Source of the DNA: the human T2T-CHM13v2.0 reference genome, Homo sapiens
Reading direction: 5' to 3' (one strand)
Length of the DNA stretch: 64,000 bases
Assembly (NCBI RefSeq): GCF_009914755.1
Contig: NC_060938.1
The notes below the pieces were generated by a model that was not told the DNA's origin, did not search any database, and was given only the letters and a program-made list of their open reading frames with translations. Each line of letters starts with the position of its first letter. Position 1 is the stretch's first letter. Of this stretch, positions 14,140 to 29,299 are shown piece after piece. The position numbers were made by a program, and so were the translations under genes.

Positions 14140-14830
14140 ACAAATTAAAGTCTTAGAGATTTTTTACAAACAAGTAAGATGAAGATATGAATAGATAAAT
14201 AGCCAAAGACAAGAAAGGCAATAAACAAAAAAAGAATTTAAAAATGACCAGTATAAACACATAGAAAAATGTTCAACTTCACCAGTAATAATGTAAATTA
14301 AAATAAGGCAGGTGGATCAGTGAGTATTTGAGAAAATGGGTATTCTCATTGTCTACTGTTGGAAGAAAATGTTGGTACAAACTTCCTTGAAATCTACTTG
14401 GCAGTATTTATCGAGAGTCTTAACAATACAGAAAGTCTAAGAACCAGTGATCCTGTTTCCAAAAACCTGTTCTGAAAAATATTTTGGAGCTGCAATTAGA
14501 GAATAATTCTCACGGATGTTTGTTGCTGTGTTGCCAACAGTTAGAAACATAAAGATCTATAGTAAAATGTTTTTAAAAATTATGATCACATAGTCAAATA
14601 TCATGCAGTCATAAAAAATCATCTTTAAGAAGATCTAATAATGTGAAAAAATGTTAAAAGGATACAAAATTATATATGTTTTACATAAGAAAAAATATGT
14701 GCATATAATAAAAAACAATGCTTTCAGTGGTTCTTTCTGAGCAATAGGATTATATATGTTTTCTATTTTTTCTTTTCATTTATTTGCTATATTTTCCAAA
14801 TTTCCAACAAGGAACATGTGTTACTTTTAT
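14140..14830 (+). mobile_element. old L1ME 3' fragment
   Basis: degenerate ORF2-end/3' UTR motifs (aaaaatgttcaacttcaccagtaat...ttggtacaa); boundaries approximate. Confidence 0.5.
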
Positions 14831-15266
14831 GATTTAAGAAAATTATTATTTAAAAGTATGCACTTTTTAAAAAGAAAATTATTAGTATTAAGTTAACAGG
14901 TTTAGTTTCTAACTCTGAAGATGAACCTTTTTAAAGCAGGCTATGGGGCTCAACAGTATAAACAAGAAGCCTATATATTAAAAAGTACATTTTGTTTGTT
15001 GGGGATAAATTATCTTGACAGTTTCTTTATATCTTCTCTCCTATGAAAACAGACATTGCCACTCTGTGTTACAAGGGTAAAATATGAATTGAAAGAGAAT
15101 TACTAAAACATAATACCTGTAGCTCTTTAGACAAATGCATATGTTGATACCATCATTGCAACATAACTACTGTTTATGTGTCCTGTGAGGATTACCAGGA
15201 AGTGTGTAAAGTATGTAAAGAACCACAGAGAAACTATTTTGTAAATACAAATTATGATTCTCTTAG

Positions 15267-15545
<279 letters not shown>

Positions 15546-16702
15546 TAACTTTACTATTTAGTAATAGCCAGAGATAGGCAAAGTATCTTCGTTTTTCTAG
15601 ACTTCCTTCCGTGAAGTCATTCATAAATTGGATTTAATGTACTGATCAAATGAATCAGATGTTACTATAAGAAAAGACTATAATTTCAAAACAGATTTTT
15701 TGTAACCTCTAATAGATTGAGAACATTATTGCTTTTAGTCATTGATGTCATTGCCATTTGCAAACCTCCAGATATTTTATATAGTTCAGTGTGCCAGAAC
15801 TCTATTTTAATGAGTCATAGGAACCAAGAATAATATAATACAGTGAGAGGGGCACACTATTAAGGAAGAAACATAATTTGATTTATAATATATCCTAATC
15901 TGTGGTTGAACAACATGTTTTACAATTTTATTTTGCATTTTGCATTATTCACTACTTGTTTTCTGTTTTAAGTCCAGAAATCATCTCCCCTCATAAACTT
16001 GCATTATAAAGTCTTATGTTCTCTTATAAAAAGGAAATCTGAACATTATTTTTTCTCATTACAAAAATATGTAGATTAATGCTAGGTAATTTCCATATTC
16101 CATGACTATATTTAAGTATATCTTCAAGTATTTAAAATAAGTCCCAAGATTATAAAGTCAAGAATCTTCCTTTCTCTGCCTTTAAAAGATGTATATCAGG
16201 CTGTGTTCAGCCTTTAAAAAGGAAACTAAGCACAGTAGGTTCTATTAAATTGACCATATTACTAAGTTTATATTATTGTATTTCTTCTTTTTTGCTCAGT
16301 AAAAGTGAAGAATATTTTTCTTTTGCCAAAGCATATTTCCTGGATGATCACAGTACAGCTATCTCTCTGTTGCCAAATTGGATTGTCAAGGGCTAAAGAT
16401 CCATATTGAATCACACATGGAGATGACTAGCTTACTGCTGATCTAGATAAACAGGAGTCACTACAGTTGTTCTTTTAACACTTTTCACCGCAGTCACTTT
16501 TCAATAGCTTATGGGATTTCCCTTCCTCATCAGAGTAGAATCATCAACCTTCAAACAAACAGATTAATTATTCAACATAATTTCAACTATTATTTAAATA
16601 ATTAAGCTTTTTTTAGGTATATGTAATGAACAAGGAAATGTATGATTTTGAATTATATGGAAAGACATGAAAACAGTCATTTTCATGCCATAACATATTT
16701 AA

Positions 16703-16912
<210 letters not shown>

Positions 16913-17529
16913 TAATATTTTGCATACTCTTTTTCTGTCATTAAGATTTTATAGTCCCTCTTAGCCTATTAATAAAAAATTAATATAGAGCAATCATACC
17001 ACTTGGTATTTTTTCTGTTTAAATGTATCTCATTTAAATACCAAATCGTTGTATGGATTCTCTTGACTATCCATGAACACTACACCAAAAATACCTCTAG
17101 GGTAACTGCTTTTTTACCAGTCACCTGAACTCACCAGAGCCCTTTCTAGAGCCTACATGAAAATAAGCAACTGTCTGAGGATAAGGTAAGCTTAGAGGCC
17201 TTCAGAAAGCATTAGTGAATTATCTATCTACTTAATATTAACATTATATTTGTTTGGCTGAAAGGAACAAAATCCATTAACATGGAAGGAGGGGAAATAC
17301 CTTTGTTATCCATATTAAGAATGCTGTACTTTAGCCAAAGTAGCTTCAACATCCTAAATATATCTACTCTAGTTTTCTAGTTGTTTACTTTTTGTGGAGT
17401 ATCTGAATATTAATTCCTTAGGCAATATAATGTTTAGTTTTGGATCTATTCAAAATTTTGAAAAGAAATTTTTTATTGGTAAAAAATAATAATAACACTC
17501 CTAAAGAAGAGCTGGGAATTTACCCTAAG

Positions 17530-18091
17530 AAAAGAACTAAAAATAGAACTACCATTCCACTCAGCAATCCCATTTCTGGGGCTATAACCAAAAGAAAATT
17601 AATTGTTCTACTAAAAAGACACATGCATTAATATGTTCATTGCAGCACTATTCACAATAGCGAAATCACAGAATCAACCTAGGTGCCCATCAGTGGTGGA
17701 CTGGATAAAGAAAACATGGTAAATATACACCATGGAATGCTACACAGCCATAAAAAAGAATGAAATCATGTACTTCACAGCAACATGGATGCAGCTGGAG
17801 ACCATTATCCTAAGTGAATTAACACAGAAACATAAAACCGAATACCACAAGTTCTTACTTATAAGCGGGAGCTAAACATTGGGTACACATGGACATAAAG
17901 ATGGGGACAATACACATTGGAGAATACGACAGGGAGGAGGGAGATGGGCAGAGCTGAAAAATTACCTATTAGGTACTATGCCCACTACCTGAATGATGGG
18001 TTCAATCCTACCCCAAACCTCAACATTACGAAATGTCTCCTTGTAACAAACCTGCACATGTACCCCCTGAATCTAAAATGAAATTAAGAAA
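17530..18091 (+). mobile_element. L1PB-type 3' end
   Basis: agaactaccattccactcagcaatcc...aacaaacctgcacatgtaccccctgaatctaaaat. Confidence 0.8.
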
Positions 18092-18129
18092 ATTAGTTTT
18101 TTAAAAAGAAATCAAATCCTGCTAAAATC

Positions 18130-19400
18130 CTTTAAGACAATGTGGTATTGGCACAGAGCTAGACAAATAGACCAATGGAACAGAATAACAACCTAATATA
18201 GACGGTGGAAACTTTATAAATAACAGAGCTGCCTTTGTAGATCAGGGAGATTATTCAATAAAAGGCATTAAGGAGTTTATTGTAAAAGGCAAAACCAAAA
18301 ATTTTTTTGAAGAAAATATGAAAGATTATCATTATGACCTTGAATTTGTGAATAATTTAGTAGGCAAGAAACAAAGAGCATAAACCATAAATAATTGGAC
18401 ATGTCTACATTAAAATTAATATATCTTTTTTCAAAGAAAGTGAAAAGACAAGCTACATACTGGGAAAAGAAATTTGCGACACAACTGTCAAAAGATATTC
18501 TTTATATATCCAGAATATATAAGGAAAAAGACAACCAGCCGAACAGAAATATGTGCCGAAGATCTGAACATACACTTCACTGGAGAGGAAATCAGAACAG
18601 CCAATTAACTTAGGAAAAGATACTCCACCATATTAGCATTCAAGAAAATGAACATTAAAAACACAATGACCTACCAATTTTTGCCAGTTTTATAGATGAG
18701 CAAAAACTTTAAAGTCTGACAATACCAAGTTGTTGCAAGAATATGAAGTAAAAGTGTAATTTTTCTGAAGTGGTACAACCACTCTGGAAAACAATTTGAC
18801 ATTATTCAGTAAAGCTGATGTATATTTGTGTGTGTGTGTGTGTGTGTGTATTCTACAACCCAGCAATTTTACTTTACTTAGGTGCATATACTCTAAAGAA
18901 ACTCTTGCATGTATGTACCAGGAAACATGCACAAGAATATTCATGACGACAGTGTTTATAATAGCAAAAACTGAATCAACCCCAATGTTCATTGACAGGA
19001 GAGTCATTAAGGGAATACTATACATAGGACATATGAATGAACTACAGCTACATAGAGAAGCTTAGATGAATCTGATGAATATGATATTGAACAAAAAAGG
19101 CAAGTCATAAAGAATACATACATATTCAATTTACATGAAGTTCAAATATGTGCACAACTAAATGATATATTGTTTATGGACACAGACATAGGACTATAAA
19201 GAAAGCAAGGAATGGTGGACAAAACATTTGAGATAATGATCACTTCTAAAGAAAAGGAAAGAAAAGGGCTTAGGATCGGGCCCACAGGGTGCTTGTAATC
19301 TATTCATAATATTCTAGCTCTTAAACTGGTTTCATGGGTGGATTCTATGTGTGTTCATATTATAGTAATCATTTTACAGTCTTATAAATATTATCTTGTA
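18130..19400 (+). mobile_element. old L1ME fragment containing a (TG)11 microsatellite at ~18828..18849
   Basis: tgtggtattggcac...gaccaatggaacagaata and L1ME-like 3' UTR motifs. Confidence 0.6.
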
Positions 19401-19603
19401 ATGGTTCCACATTTGCTAAAACAAGAAACAATGTAATTAAAATGTATCTAGATATTGAAAACAATTTAAGGCAAAGGAAATGTTACATTTTATAATTATT
19501 TATTGGGCCACTCATCTTCCCTGGAAACAATAATTTTAACTATATATCAACTAACCTCTGTATACTGTTTCCTTTTTTCATTGTATTTTTTAAATTTTAT
19601 TAG

Positions 19604-19834
<231 letters not shown>

Positions 19835-19877
19835 TAAGGGACAGAAAGCTGGAAGAGATTAATTAAAATAGGGAAGA

Positions 19878-20250
19878 AACACTTAAGATCTACCCTCTTG
19901 GCAAATTTCAAGTATACAATACCGTATCGTTAACTTTAGTCATTAACTTTAGTCGTTAAAGTTATCGTTAACTTTGATGTTGTACATTAGGGTCTCTAGA
20001 AAGTATTCGTCTTGCATAACTGAAACCTTGTACCTCTTGACCAACATCTGCCCACTTCCCATTGCCCCTAGCCCCTGGCAACCACTATTCTACTCTCTCC
20101 TATGAGTTTGACTATTTTAGAGTTCATATATAATTGAGATTATACAGTTTTTAATTTACAATGTATGCTTATATCAAGTTATACATCTTTAATATATGCA
20201 ATTTTAAATTGTCAATTACACTTCAACAGAGTTGGACAAAATAAAAATAA
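19878..20250. mobile_element. L1MA 3' end with its 5' part inverted (twin-priming type)
   Basis: antisense L1MA 3' UTR at ~19878..20150 abuts a sense extreme 3' end and A-rich tail at ~20155..20250. Confidence 0.55.
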
Positions 20251-20442
20251 GAAAGACATTGTTATTATTAGTAAAAAGTAATACATTTGTCATATTCCAA
20301 AAAATAAAAAACAGGGAGGTCAAGTCATGAATGGCTACGTCAGATGGGCTGGGCCTTGACTGCGTTCGCCACAGAATTGGAAATTTAAGATAAAGGTGCA
20401 CTAAAACTTAAGGACAAATTTAAAGGGCCATTCTAATTCCGT

Positions 20443-20498
20443 ATTCTGATAACATGTCAGAATAGGCAAGATTCTGATAACATGTCAGAATAGGAAAG
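20443..20498. repeat. 28-bp tandem duplication with palindromic units
   Basis: ATTCTGATAACATGTCAGAATAGG(C/A)AAG x2, one mismatch. Confidence 0.95.
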
Positions 20499-20659
20499 CA
20501 AACTTTAAAGGCTCAGAGCCAGAGATCAAGCCAAAATTCAGACAGCAAGAGTCAGGTATCCTGACAAGGGAGTAGGGGAGCTGGTCAGAATTCAGCCAAG
20601 GATAAGGGAAAAGGTTATAGAACACTTGCAGCTTCTTGCTACATTAGGTGTCCTTATAC

Positions 20660-21050
20660 CTCTTGCCAAACATAGAAACTGGGCTAAGTGAAGCTGCTCC
20701 CAGAAAATGGGAGACATTACTGGCATTACTTTTATTACAAGATATATATAGATATTGAGCTGCAAATGAAGGCCCAGTGACAGCTTTGGCTGACCCACAG
20801 GCAGTTCTGGAGTTAGTGGAGTTAGAATGGCCCTTTAAATTTGTCCTAAGTTGGGCTGAGATGGTCAGGCCTTTATAGGCTTCCATCACTGGCTGAGGGC
20901 CAACCTGGGAAGGAGAGTGACCTTGGCAGCTGTCTACAGCAAGGCAGTCCCTGCAGGGACTGACAGCTGAAGACTCTGCCAGAAGCACTCCCAGCAGCTG
21001 GGACAAGTCCATTACTGTAATGGGACTCTAGCACATCGCAGTGTCCTTAA
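20660..21050. mobile_element. old ERVL-type LTR fragment (LTR16/LTR33-like)
   Basis: GC-richer block with motifs typical of these LTRs; subfamily uncertain. Confidence 0.4.
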
Positions 21051-21246
21051 TACCATATAAGTCCTTCTTGGAGTTATAATCTCGTCAAATTTTACTTTTC
21101 TGTAAACTGACAGCTTCACAATATCTTTAGCTCCTGAAGGAATTCTTTTGATATCTATTTATCACATTTGAATTATTTCATTAGCTTTTTAAAATGTTAT
21201 TAACATTGACTGAATTTATAAGATTTAGAAATAACATACAATGTAA

Positions 21247-21498
<252 letters not shown>

Positions 21499-21577
21499 TA
21501 ACCCTGGGAACAGAGTTTCTGAAGAGGAAGATCTCTAGGAAAGTTCCAAGTTTTTGTGGCAGGGTATTCTAAATACC

Positions 21578-21720
21578 TGTGTGAGGTAATGCAATTATTA
21601 GTTAGCTAGATTGGACCATTCTACAATGTATATATATACTTCAAAACATCATGTTGTACAAGATAAATGGATACAATATTATCTGTCAAATTAAAAAATA
21701 AAAGATAAATAAAAAATTAA
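21578..21720 (+). mobile_element. short L1MA 3' end with A tail
   Basis: tgtgaggtaatgca...ccattctacaatgtatat...aaacatcatgttgtaca followed by an A-rich tail. Confidence 0.7.
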
Positions 21721-22518
21721 AACGAGTTCATACCTATTAGTGGAATTCGTGACTATTTTACTTTATATAATGAGCCCGAGCAAGCTTTCACCTCCTGTGC
21801 CTTCTCTCCCCTCTCCTCTGTGCTAGTTTATAATCTGTTACCAAACATTAGCACATACCAACTAGTTAGTCATTAATGTCTGTAAAGTTGAGTAAACAAA
21901 TGAATGAGGTATGCTTTTGAAAAAGATAAAGCAGACTAGTTCTGTTTTGAAAATATAAAATTGAGGTTATATTTGGAAATTTGAATACTTTAACAAGAAA
22001 TGAAAATTATACTCACTAGAGGTTGAAAATAAAATATACTATATGTAACATTTTCCATGGATCCACATACAAGTCCAATTAAGCAGCTTTAGTAATATCT
22101 TAATAATAATGATACCAATATAATATATTTTATTTGACTGTTTAAAGTTCAGTATTAAAACATATTTTTCTGAACCAGAGAGAATAAAAAAGACTTTTCC
22201 TCCCTTTCCCCTTCCAAGCTTCTTAGATTCTTCACTTCATTTGGATTTATGCTTATCTACAGCTAAAAATCATGAGTTTAGAGAACATGTCCTAGAATAT
22301 ATACTACTAAGTCAAGTATTTTCTGACTCCTCCCCAGCTTTATTTTATTCTTACCTTCATTAGAAAGAAATTGAAAGAAGCTTTCCATGACTTGCTACCA
22401 ACTTTCTCTTATTCTCCCTCTCCATCTACTCAAAAGAGTAACTAACTCCTAGAAATTAAAAAATATGTCCACAAGTGTGCACTATTTGATTGAAAAGAGA
22501 AATATGTATATGTGTGTA

Positions 22519-22541
22519 TACACACACACACACACACACAC
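22519..22541. repeat. (AC)n microsatellite
   Basis: about 11 CA units visible. Confidence 0.9.
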
Positions 22542-22819
22542 TTATCTGAATAAAGAATATTTCTGTATGTGCATTTTGGTAACATGGTTGTGTTTGTCAA
22601 GGAGGGAAGGTAAGAATTAGAAATCACGGCTGGGAAACAGAATTTACATTTTATTCATTTTTGAATTGGATTATTTTTATCATGTGTATATACTGCATTT
22701 TTCATAAAATAGAAGATTTGATTTCACAAAATTATATATATAAAAGCAAGTATTAAATATATTTAAGAAAGCATACATAACATTTGTGACATATTTCATT
22801 TTAATGGCTGTTAACAATA

Positions 22820-22945
22820 TGTTTCTAAAACTTTCTTGATCATGAGAATCACTTAGGACACTTATTGAAGATACAGATTCACAGGCCTCTCTTCTGTAGA
22901 TTTCAGTAGAGTAAACCTAGGGGTAGCTCAGGCACCTGTGTCTTG
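22820..22945. mobile_element. MER5-like DNA transposon fragment
   Basis: gagaatcacttagg...gatacagattc...aggc motif. Confidence 0.5.
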
Positions 22946-23289
22946 ACCTATCACTAGTCTCCCATTCCCATACAACTGGATATTAGTTTTGCTTTGTACA
23001 TACAATTAAAAACCCTATTTCCTTTTCATTTCCTTCCATAAACCTATTAAACAGAAGAATCTTCCAATCTATATTTTTCTTACACCTATATTTTGGAGAA
23101 GATAGCTACCCCTCTAAACTTTAACAGGAATTTCTCCTTTTTCTTCAGACATGGGTAGGTTCCATATCCATTTAATGATTTTTGCTTTGATGGCTTTGAT
23201 CCTATCTTGCCCTGGATTGATTCACCTTCAACATTGTACAGTCCCACAATAGGAACTGATGTGAAAGGGGAGCACAGATAATTATTTGA

Positions 23290-23475
23290 TACTTTCCAAA
23301 CATTATTCCATTTAATTTCATAACTCCTTGGAAGTAAATTTTAGTATGCCCGTTTTATGGATGAGGAAATTAAGGCTCAGAGGTTACACAATTTATGTAT
23401 CGCCACAAACCTAGTAGTGATATATTTGAAGCCAACTAGGATTCCGAAGTTCTTGTCTTTCAACTGCACTGTCCT
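23290..23475. mobile_element. MIR
   Basis: core ttttatggatgaggaaattaaggctcagaggtta. Confidence 0.7.
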
Positions 23476-23992
23476 GGCTATACTTATAAAGTGCTTGCAG
23501 TACATAATGTATGCAGGAGTTAGACTGGTTCCATTTTCCAAACTTCCATCTTAGAGTACTTTTAGGCATAAGCAAGTAAAAGTAGGCTAGATTGTTCATT
23601 TTAATACAAACGATGCACTTTCCAGAATGTGGTTCCTTACCCTTAATATTTAAAAATGAGGGCTGGTGATTATTTTGAGCTTTGTGTAGAGCTTTTTGTT
23701 TTCAAAATGATGAAAATCTTAATTAATTACATCATTTTAAGGTTATTTGAAAGAGAAATTCAATATTTTCATGTAATGCCTTTCCTTAACTCCTAAGAAG
23801 AAGGAATCTACTTAGAAATCCAAAATTTGAATTTAATGTTTGAGATGGGGCTTATACACAAGATTATATTCTTCCAAAACAAAGGCTTAAAGCAATGATG
23901 GTTAGTATTACAGAATCTTTAAAGCCATTTGAACCTAGCTATCTAATTACAATAAAATGACCAGCCACTTATTTTTTAAATTAAACCTTTAG

Positions 23993-24310
<318 letters not shown>

Positions 24311-24976
24311 TGAAAGTAATGCATGTTTATTGCACAGAATTTGGAAAATATAAAGAAAATAAAAATAAGAATAACAAGTTTATTAAAATGTATTTGCATT
24401 CAATGTTGTATACATACAAAAATATATCTGTGTATACATAATGTCCCCATTTGCTATCCTTCTGGGGTAACTTTTTTTAAATACTCAAGTATGATAAACC
24501 AAACCTATTCCTTAGCATTCTCCTGTTCTCAGTACAATTCGTGATGATCTTTCACTGTTCTCTTACCAGTGGCTCAAACTTGGTCGCCTTTGCTCAGATT
24601 TGCTTTTGTTAATTCCCCCAAAAAACCACTAATTTAAGGCTGTTGTGTAATAGGATTTACTAAAGGTTTGAACAAAACAGAGGGTTTCTATAGCACAGAA
24701 CAGGAATTTACTTCAAATGTCATGTGTGACTTCATTGTTTCTAAAGCTCAGTGGCCATTTTCTAACACTATGGGTCTTACACTGGCCTGTCCTTTTGCTG
24801 ATACAATATTACTAGGACTTTATCTCCTACCAAAAACTTGTGTCCATTTCCTGTCTTTTCTTAGTTCAGACTTCTCCCCATTCCGTTCCCCCAGTATAAT
24901 TACTACTTCTAGAGCTAGGGAGGCAACCTAATCAACAACACCAGCAACACAATAAGCCATTTCACATTATGATGCA

Positions 24977-25028
24977 CAGTAGTTTTACTCCCTCTTGTTT
25001 TCAGTAGTTTTACTCCCTCTTGTTTTCA
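24977..25028. repeat. perfect 25-bp tandem duplication
   Basis: CAGTAGTTTTACTCCCTCTTGTTTT x2 plus CA. Confidence 0.95.
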
Positions 25029-25428
25029 CCTCTCCCCTCCATACCTGCCAAGACCCTTCCTTCACAACAAAGGCATATCAAAGTGTCTTGTCTAATAAAA
25101 CAGCACATTTCCCTTAGGATGAATTCCACTACCCTCTCAGAAAGTAGAAGCACTTCAGTTTCATCACTTTTCAAATAGCAGTGTCTTTTATTCCTGTTAT
25201 ATCTATATAGACACATACATCCATTTATTAAGCCATTATTCCATAAACAAAGTATATTTGTCTTAAACATAGTGAAGTTCCCTCTAAGCCCTTACCATTA
25301 ATAGATAATACATTTGGCACTAGTATCCTAAAAGGGATTCTGATTATATAACATAGACCATTGAAATACTGCACAAAATATACCTAAGTGGTCTGAAAGG
25401 GTAACCCTTGCACTTAAAAGTGCACTGA

Positions 25429-25596
25429 GGCTGGGCGTGGTGGCTTATGTCTATAATTTCAGCACTTTGGGAGGCCATGGTGGGAGAATCACTTGAGCCT
25501 AGGAGTTTGAGGCTGCAATGAGCTATGATCAGACCACTGCACTCCAGCCTGAGCAACAGCACGAGACCATGTCTTTAAAAAAAAAAAAAAAAAAAA
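25429..25596 (+). mobile_element. Alu monomer (FRAM-like) with A20 tail
   Basis: single-arm Alu; TSD aaaagtgcact/aaaagtatact. Confidence 0.8.
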
Positions 25597-25725
25597 GTAT
25601 ACTTAAAGGCACTGAAATCCCATGGAATGATAGATAATTCCAATATTAAAATTTGAGGATGGCTAACCTCTTACTAGAGTGCTTTAAATATACATATAGA
25701 TGAATATATGTATTTTATTACCTAG

Positions 25726-25854
<129 letters not shown>

Positions 25855-26851
25855 TGATTTATGACTCACAACATTTGGTCTAAGCTGCATAGTCACATAT
25901 TTATAGGACATAGTCATTTTGAACATTGCTTTATCACTAGCATTATAGCCAAATTTACTATACTTATTAAATCTAGGTCTCCAAAGCTTATTTTAGATCT
26001 GGGTTTTTTAATTTTGTCATCTGGTCAATTCTTAATTGTCTGAATTGTGGTGGAAAGGGAGGGCTGTGCTGCTTACAATAGAACCCACAGAATTCAGTGC
26101 CTAAAAGGTAAAGAACACAATTTTATGGGACAGGATAGAAAATTATGCACTGGGGATTTACCATCCTCCTAAGCCTAAAAGCAGCTTTCTATTTTCAGTG
26201 CAAATATAGTTGCTAATATTAATAATTAAGAAAAATATATTTGAACCAACATGTGGTATGTCAACATTACTAAGTAAGCTGTAAAGAAAAATAGACACAG
26301 ACCCTAGGACTGAATGTGAAAGCAACATTTGGATACTGGATTCTATAACAAGCAAATTCATAGGGCTCCTGTTTTCCACATAGCAGGGTAAATGCATGAC
26401 AAATGTGTAAAGAGTAAAAGGTTTATGGTGTAATGTTGCCTAGCTCCTGTCAGAAAAGAAAACACATCAAATTTTCTAGAAAATTGAAAGATAGTTCATG
26501 ATCATTTAGTATTCTGAGGTACTCCAAGAAGATTACTAATCCTAGCCCTTCTGTTTTCTGGCCCATCCTCAGAATGGGTCACTAAAACTTTCTCACTCCA
26601 ACACATACAAATTCTCTAGAACCTTGTATACTGTGACTTATTTATTTGTTAGCTTTCACTGAAAAATGTTTTTTAAAATAGTCCTATGAGACCAGTACTG
26701 CATTTACTCTAAAGATGTTGTTGAGGATCTTATCTGTCCTATCTCTCTGTGCCCTCATTTGAAGGGCCACATGAAAAAGCACTTATAGAAATAAATGTAG
26801 AAAAAACATTTACCGCTAAGGAAAAGTTATGTTCTGCTCACTGACAATGAG

Positions 26852-29063
26852 TGTATTAGTCTGAAATCTGCTACTAATAAAGACATACCCAAGACTGGGC
26901 AATTTATAAAGGAAAGAGGTTTAATGGACTCACAGTTCCACATGGCTGGGGAGGCCTCACAATCATAGTGGAAGACAAAGGAAGCGTAAAGTCATGTCTT
27001 ACATGGCAGCAGGCAAGAGAGCATGTGCAAAGGAACTCCCCTTTATAAAACCATCAGATCTCATGAGACTTATTCACTATCGCGAGAACAGCGTAAGAAA
27101 AACCCACCCCCATGATTCAATTACCTGCCACTGGGTCCCTCCCATGACGTGGGGATTATTACAATTCAAGGTGAGATTTGGGTGTGGACACAGAGCCAAA
27201 CCATATCATTCCAACCCTGGCCCTTCCCAAATCTCATGTCCTCACATTTCAAAACCAATCATGCCTTCCCAATGGTCCCCCAACTCAGTTCAGCATTAGT
27301 TCAAAATTCCACAGTCCAAAGTGTGAGCTGAGACAAGTCAAGTCCCTCCTGCCTATGAGCCTGTAAAATCAAAAGCAAGTTAGTTACTTCCTAGAGACAA
27401 TGCGGGTACAGGCATTGGGTAAATACACCCATTCCAAATGGGAGAAATGGGCCAAAACAAAGGGGCTACAGGCCGCATGCAAGCCCAAAATCCAGTGAGG
27501 CAGCAAAATCTTAAAGCTCTGAAATGATCTCCTTTGACTCCATGTCTCACATCCAGGTCATGCTAATGCAAGAGGCGGGCTCCCACAGCCTTAGGCAGCT
27601 CCACTCCTGTGGCTTTGCTGGATACAGCCTCCCTCCTGGCTGCTTTCACAGGCTGGCATTGAGTGTCTGTGGCTTTTCCAGGTGCACGGTGCAAGCTGTG
27701 GGTGGATCTACCATTCTGGGGTCTGAAAGACAGTGGTCCCCCCCTCACAGCTCCAATAGGCAGTGCCCCAGTGGGGACTCTGTGTGGGGGCTCCAACCCC
27801 ACATTTCTTTTTGGCACTGCCCTAGCAGAGGGCAGCAGGCTTCTGCCTGGACATCTAGGTGTTTCCATACACCCTCTGAAATCTAGGTGGAGGTTCCCAA
27901 ACCTCAATTCTTGACTTCTGTGTACCCACAGGACCAACACCATGTCAAAGCTGCCAAGTCTTGGGGCTTGCACCCTCTGAAGCCACAGCTTGAGCTATAC
28001 ATTGGCCCCTTTTAGCCATGACTGGAGTGACTGGGACACAGGGTACCAAGTCCCTAGGCTGCATAAAGTATGGGGGCCCTGGACCACTCCAGGAAACGTT
28101 TTTCCCTCCTAGACCTCCAGGCCTGTGATGGGAGTGGCTGCTGTGAAGGTCTCTGACATGCCCTGGAGACGTTTTCCCCATTCTCTTGGCGATTTGCATT
28201 TGGCACCTCGTTACTTATGCAAATTTCTGCAGCCAGCTTGAATTTCTTCCCAGAAAATGGGTTTTTCTTTTCTACTGCATCATCAGGCTGCAAATTTTTC
28301 AGACTTTTTTGCTTTGCTTCCTCTTGAACACTTTGCCACTTACAAATTTTTCACCAGATACCCTAAATCATCTCTCTCAAGTTCAAAGTTTCATAGATCT
28401 CTAGGGCAGGGGAAAATGCCACCAATCTCTTTGCATAGCAAGAGTGATCTTTACTCCAGTTCCCAACAAGTTCCTTGTCTCCATCTGAGACCATCTCAGC
28501 CTGGACCTTATTGTCTATATCACTATCAGCATTTTGGTCAAAGCCATTCAACAAGTCTCTAGGAAGTTACAAACTTTCCCATTTTTCCTATTTTCTTCTA
28601 AGCCCTCCAAACTGTTCCAACCTCTGCCTGTTACCCAGTTCCAAAGTCACTTCCACATTTTTGGGTATCTTTACAGCAGCACATTACTCTACCAATACCA
28701 ATTTACTGCATTAGTCTGTTCTCATGCTGCCAATAAAGACATACATGAGACTGTGTAATTTATAAAGGAAAGAAGTTTAATGGACTCACAGTTCCACATG
28801 GCTGGGGAGGCCTCACAATCATGGCAGATGAAGGAAGAGCAAAGGCAGGTCTTACATGGTGGCAGGCAAGACAGCATGTGCACGGGAACTCCCCTTTATA
28901 AAACCATCAGATCTCATGAGACTTATTCACTATCACAAGAACAGCACAGGAAAAACCCACCCCCATGATTCACTTACCTCCCACTGGGTCCCTCCCACAA
29001 CACAAGTGGATTATTACAATTCAAGATGAGACTTTGGTGGGGACACAGAGCCAATCCATATCA
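26852..29063 (-). mobile_element. full-length THE1 (MaLR; THE1C-like): LTR 26852..27208, internal region, LTR 28707..29063
   Basis: two similar TG...CA LTRs of ~357 bp, THE1-int sequence between them, 5-bp TSD ATGAG at 26847..26851 and 29064..29068. Confidence 0.93.
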
Positions 29064-29299
29064 ATGAGTATTATTTAATTATATTCCTTTTCACTTTGCC
29101 TAAAAGCTCAGGACCAAATTTATGAATCAATAATATAAACCCTATAGGATCTTACAGTCTTTTTGTCACTAATCCTAGTGAGCGTGATTTTCACTATGTA
29201 TGGTTTGCATTTTACTATTTGATTATATGTGTTTCCTGTAAGCTGCCACAAATTATTTGTGGAATGAGGCAGAATATAAATGTATGAATTAATAATTGG

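Noticed and set aside
20443-20498. Palindromic 28-bp repeats as a CRISPR-like array
   Set aside because: Only two abutting copies, no spacers, no cas genes, and a human intronic context.
26994-28968. Cluster of overlapping ORFs as a novel gene
   Set aside because: All lie within the THE1 element and are typical decayed MaLR frames.
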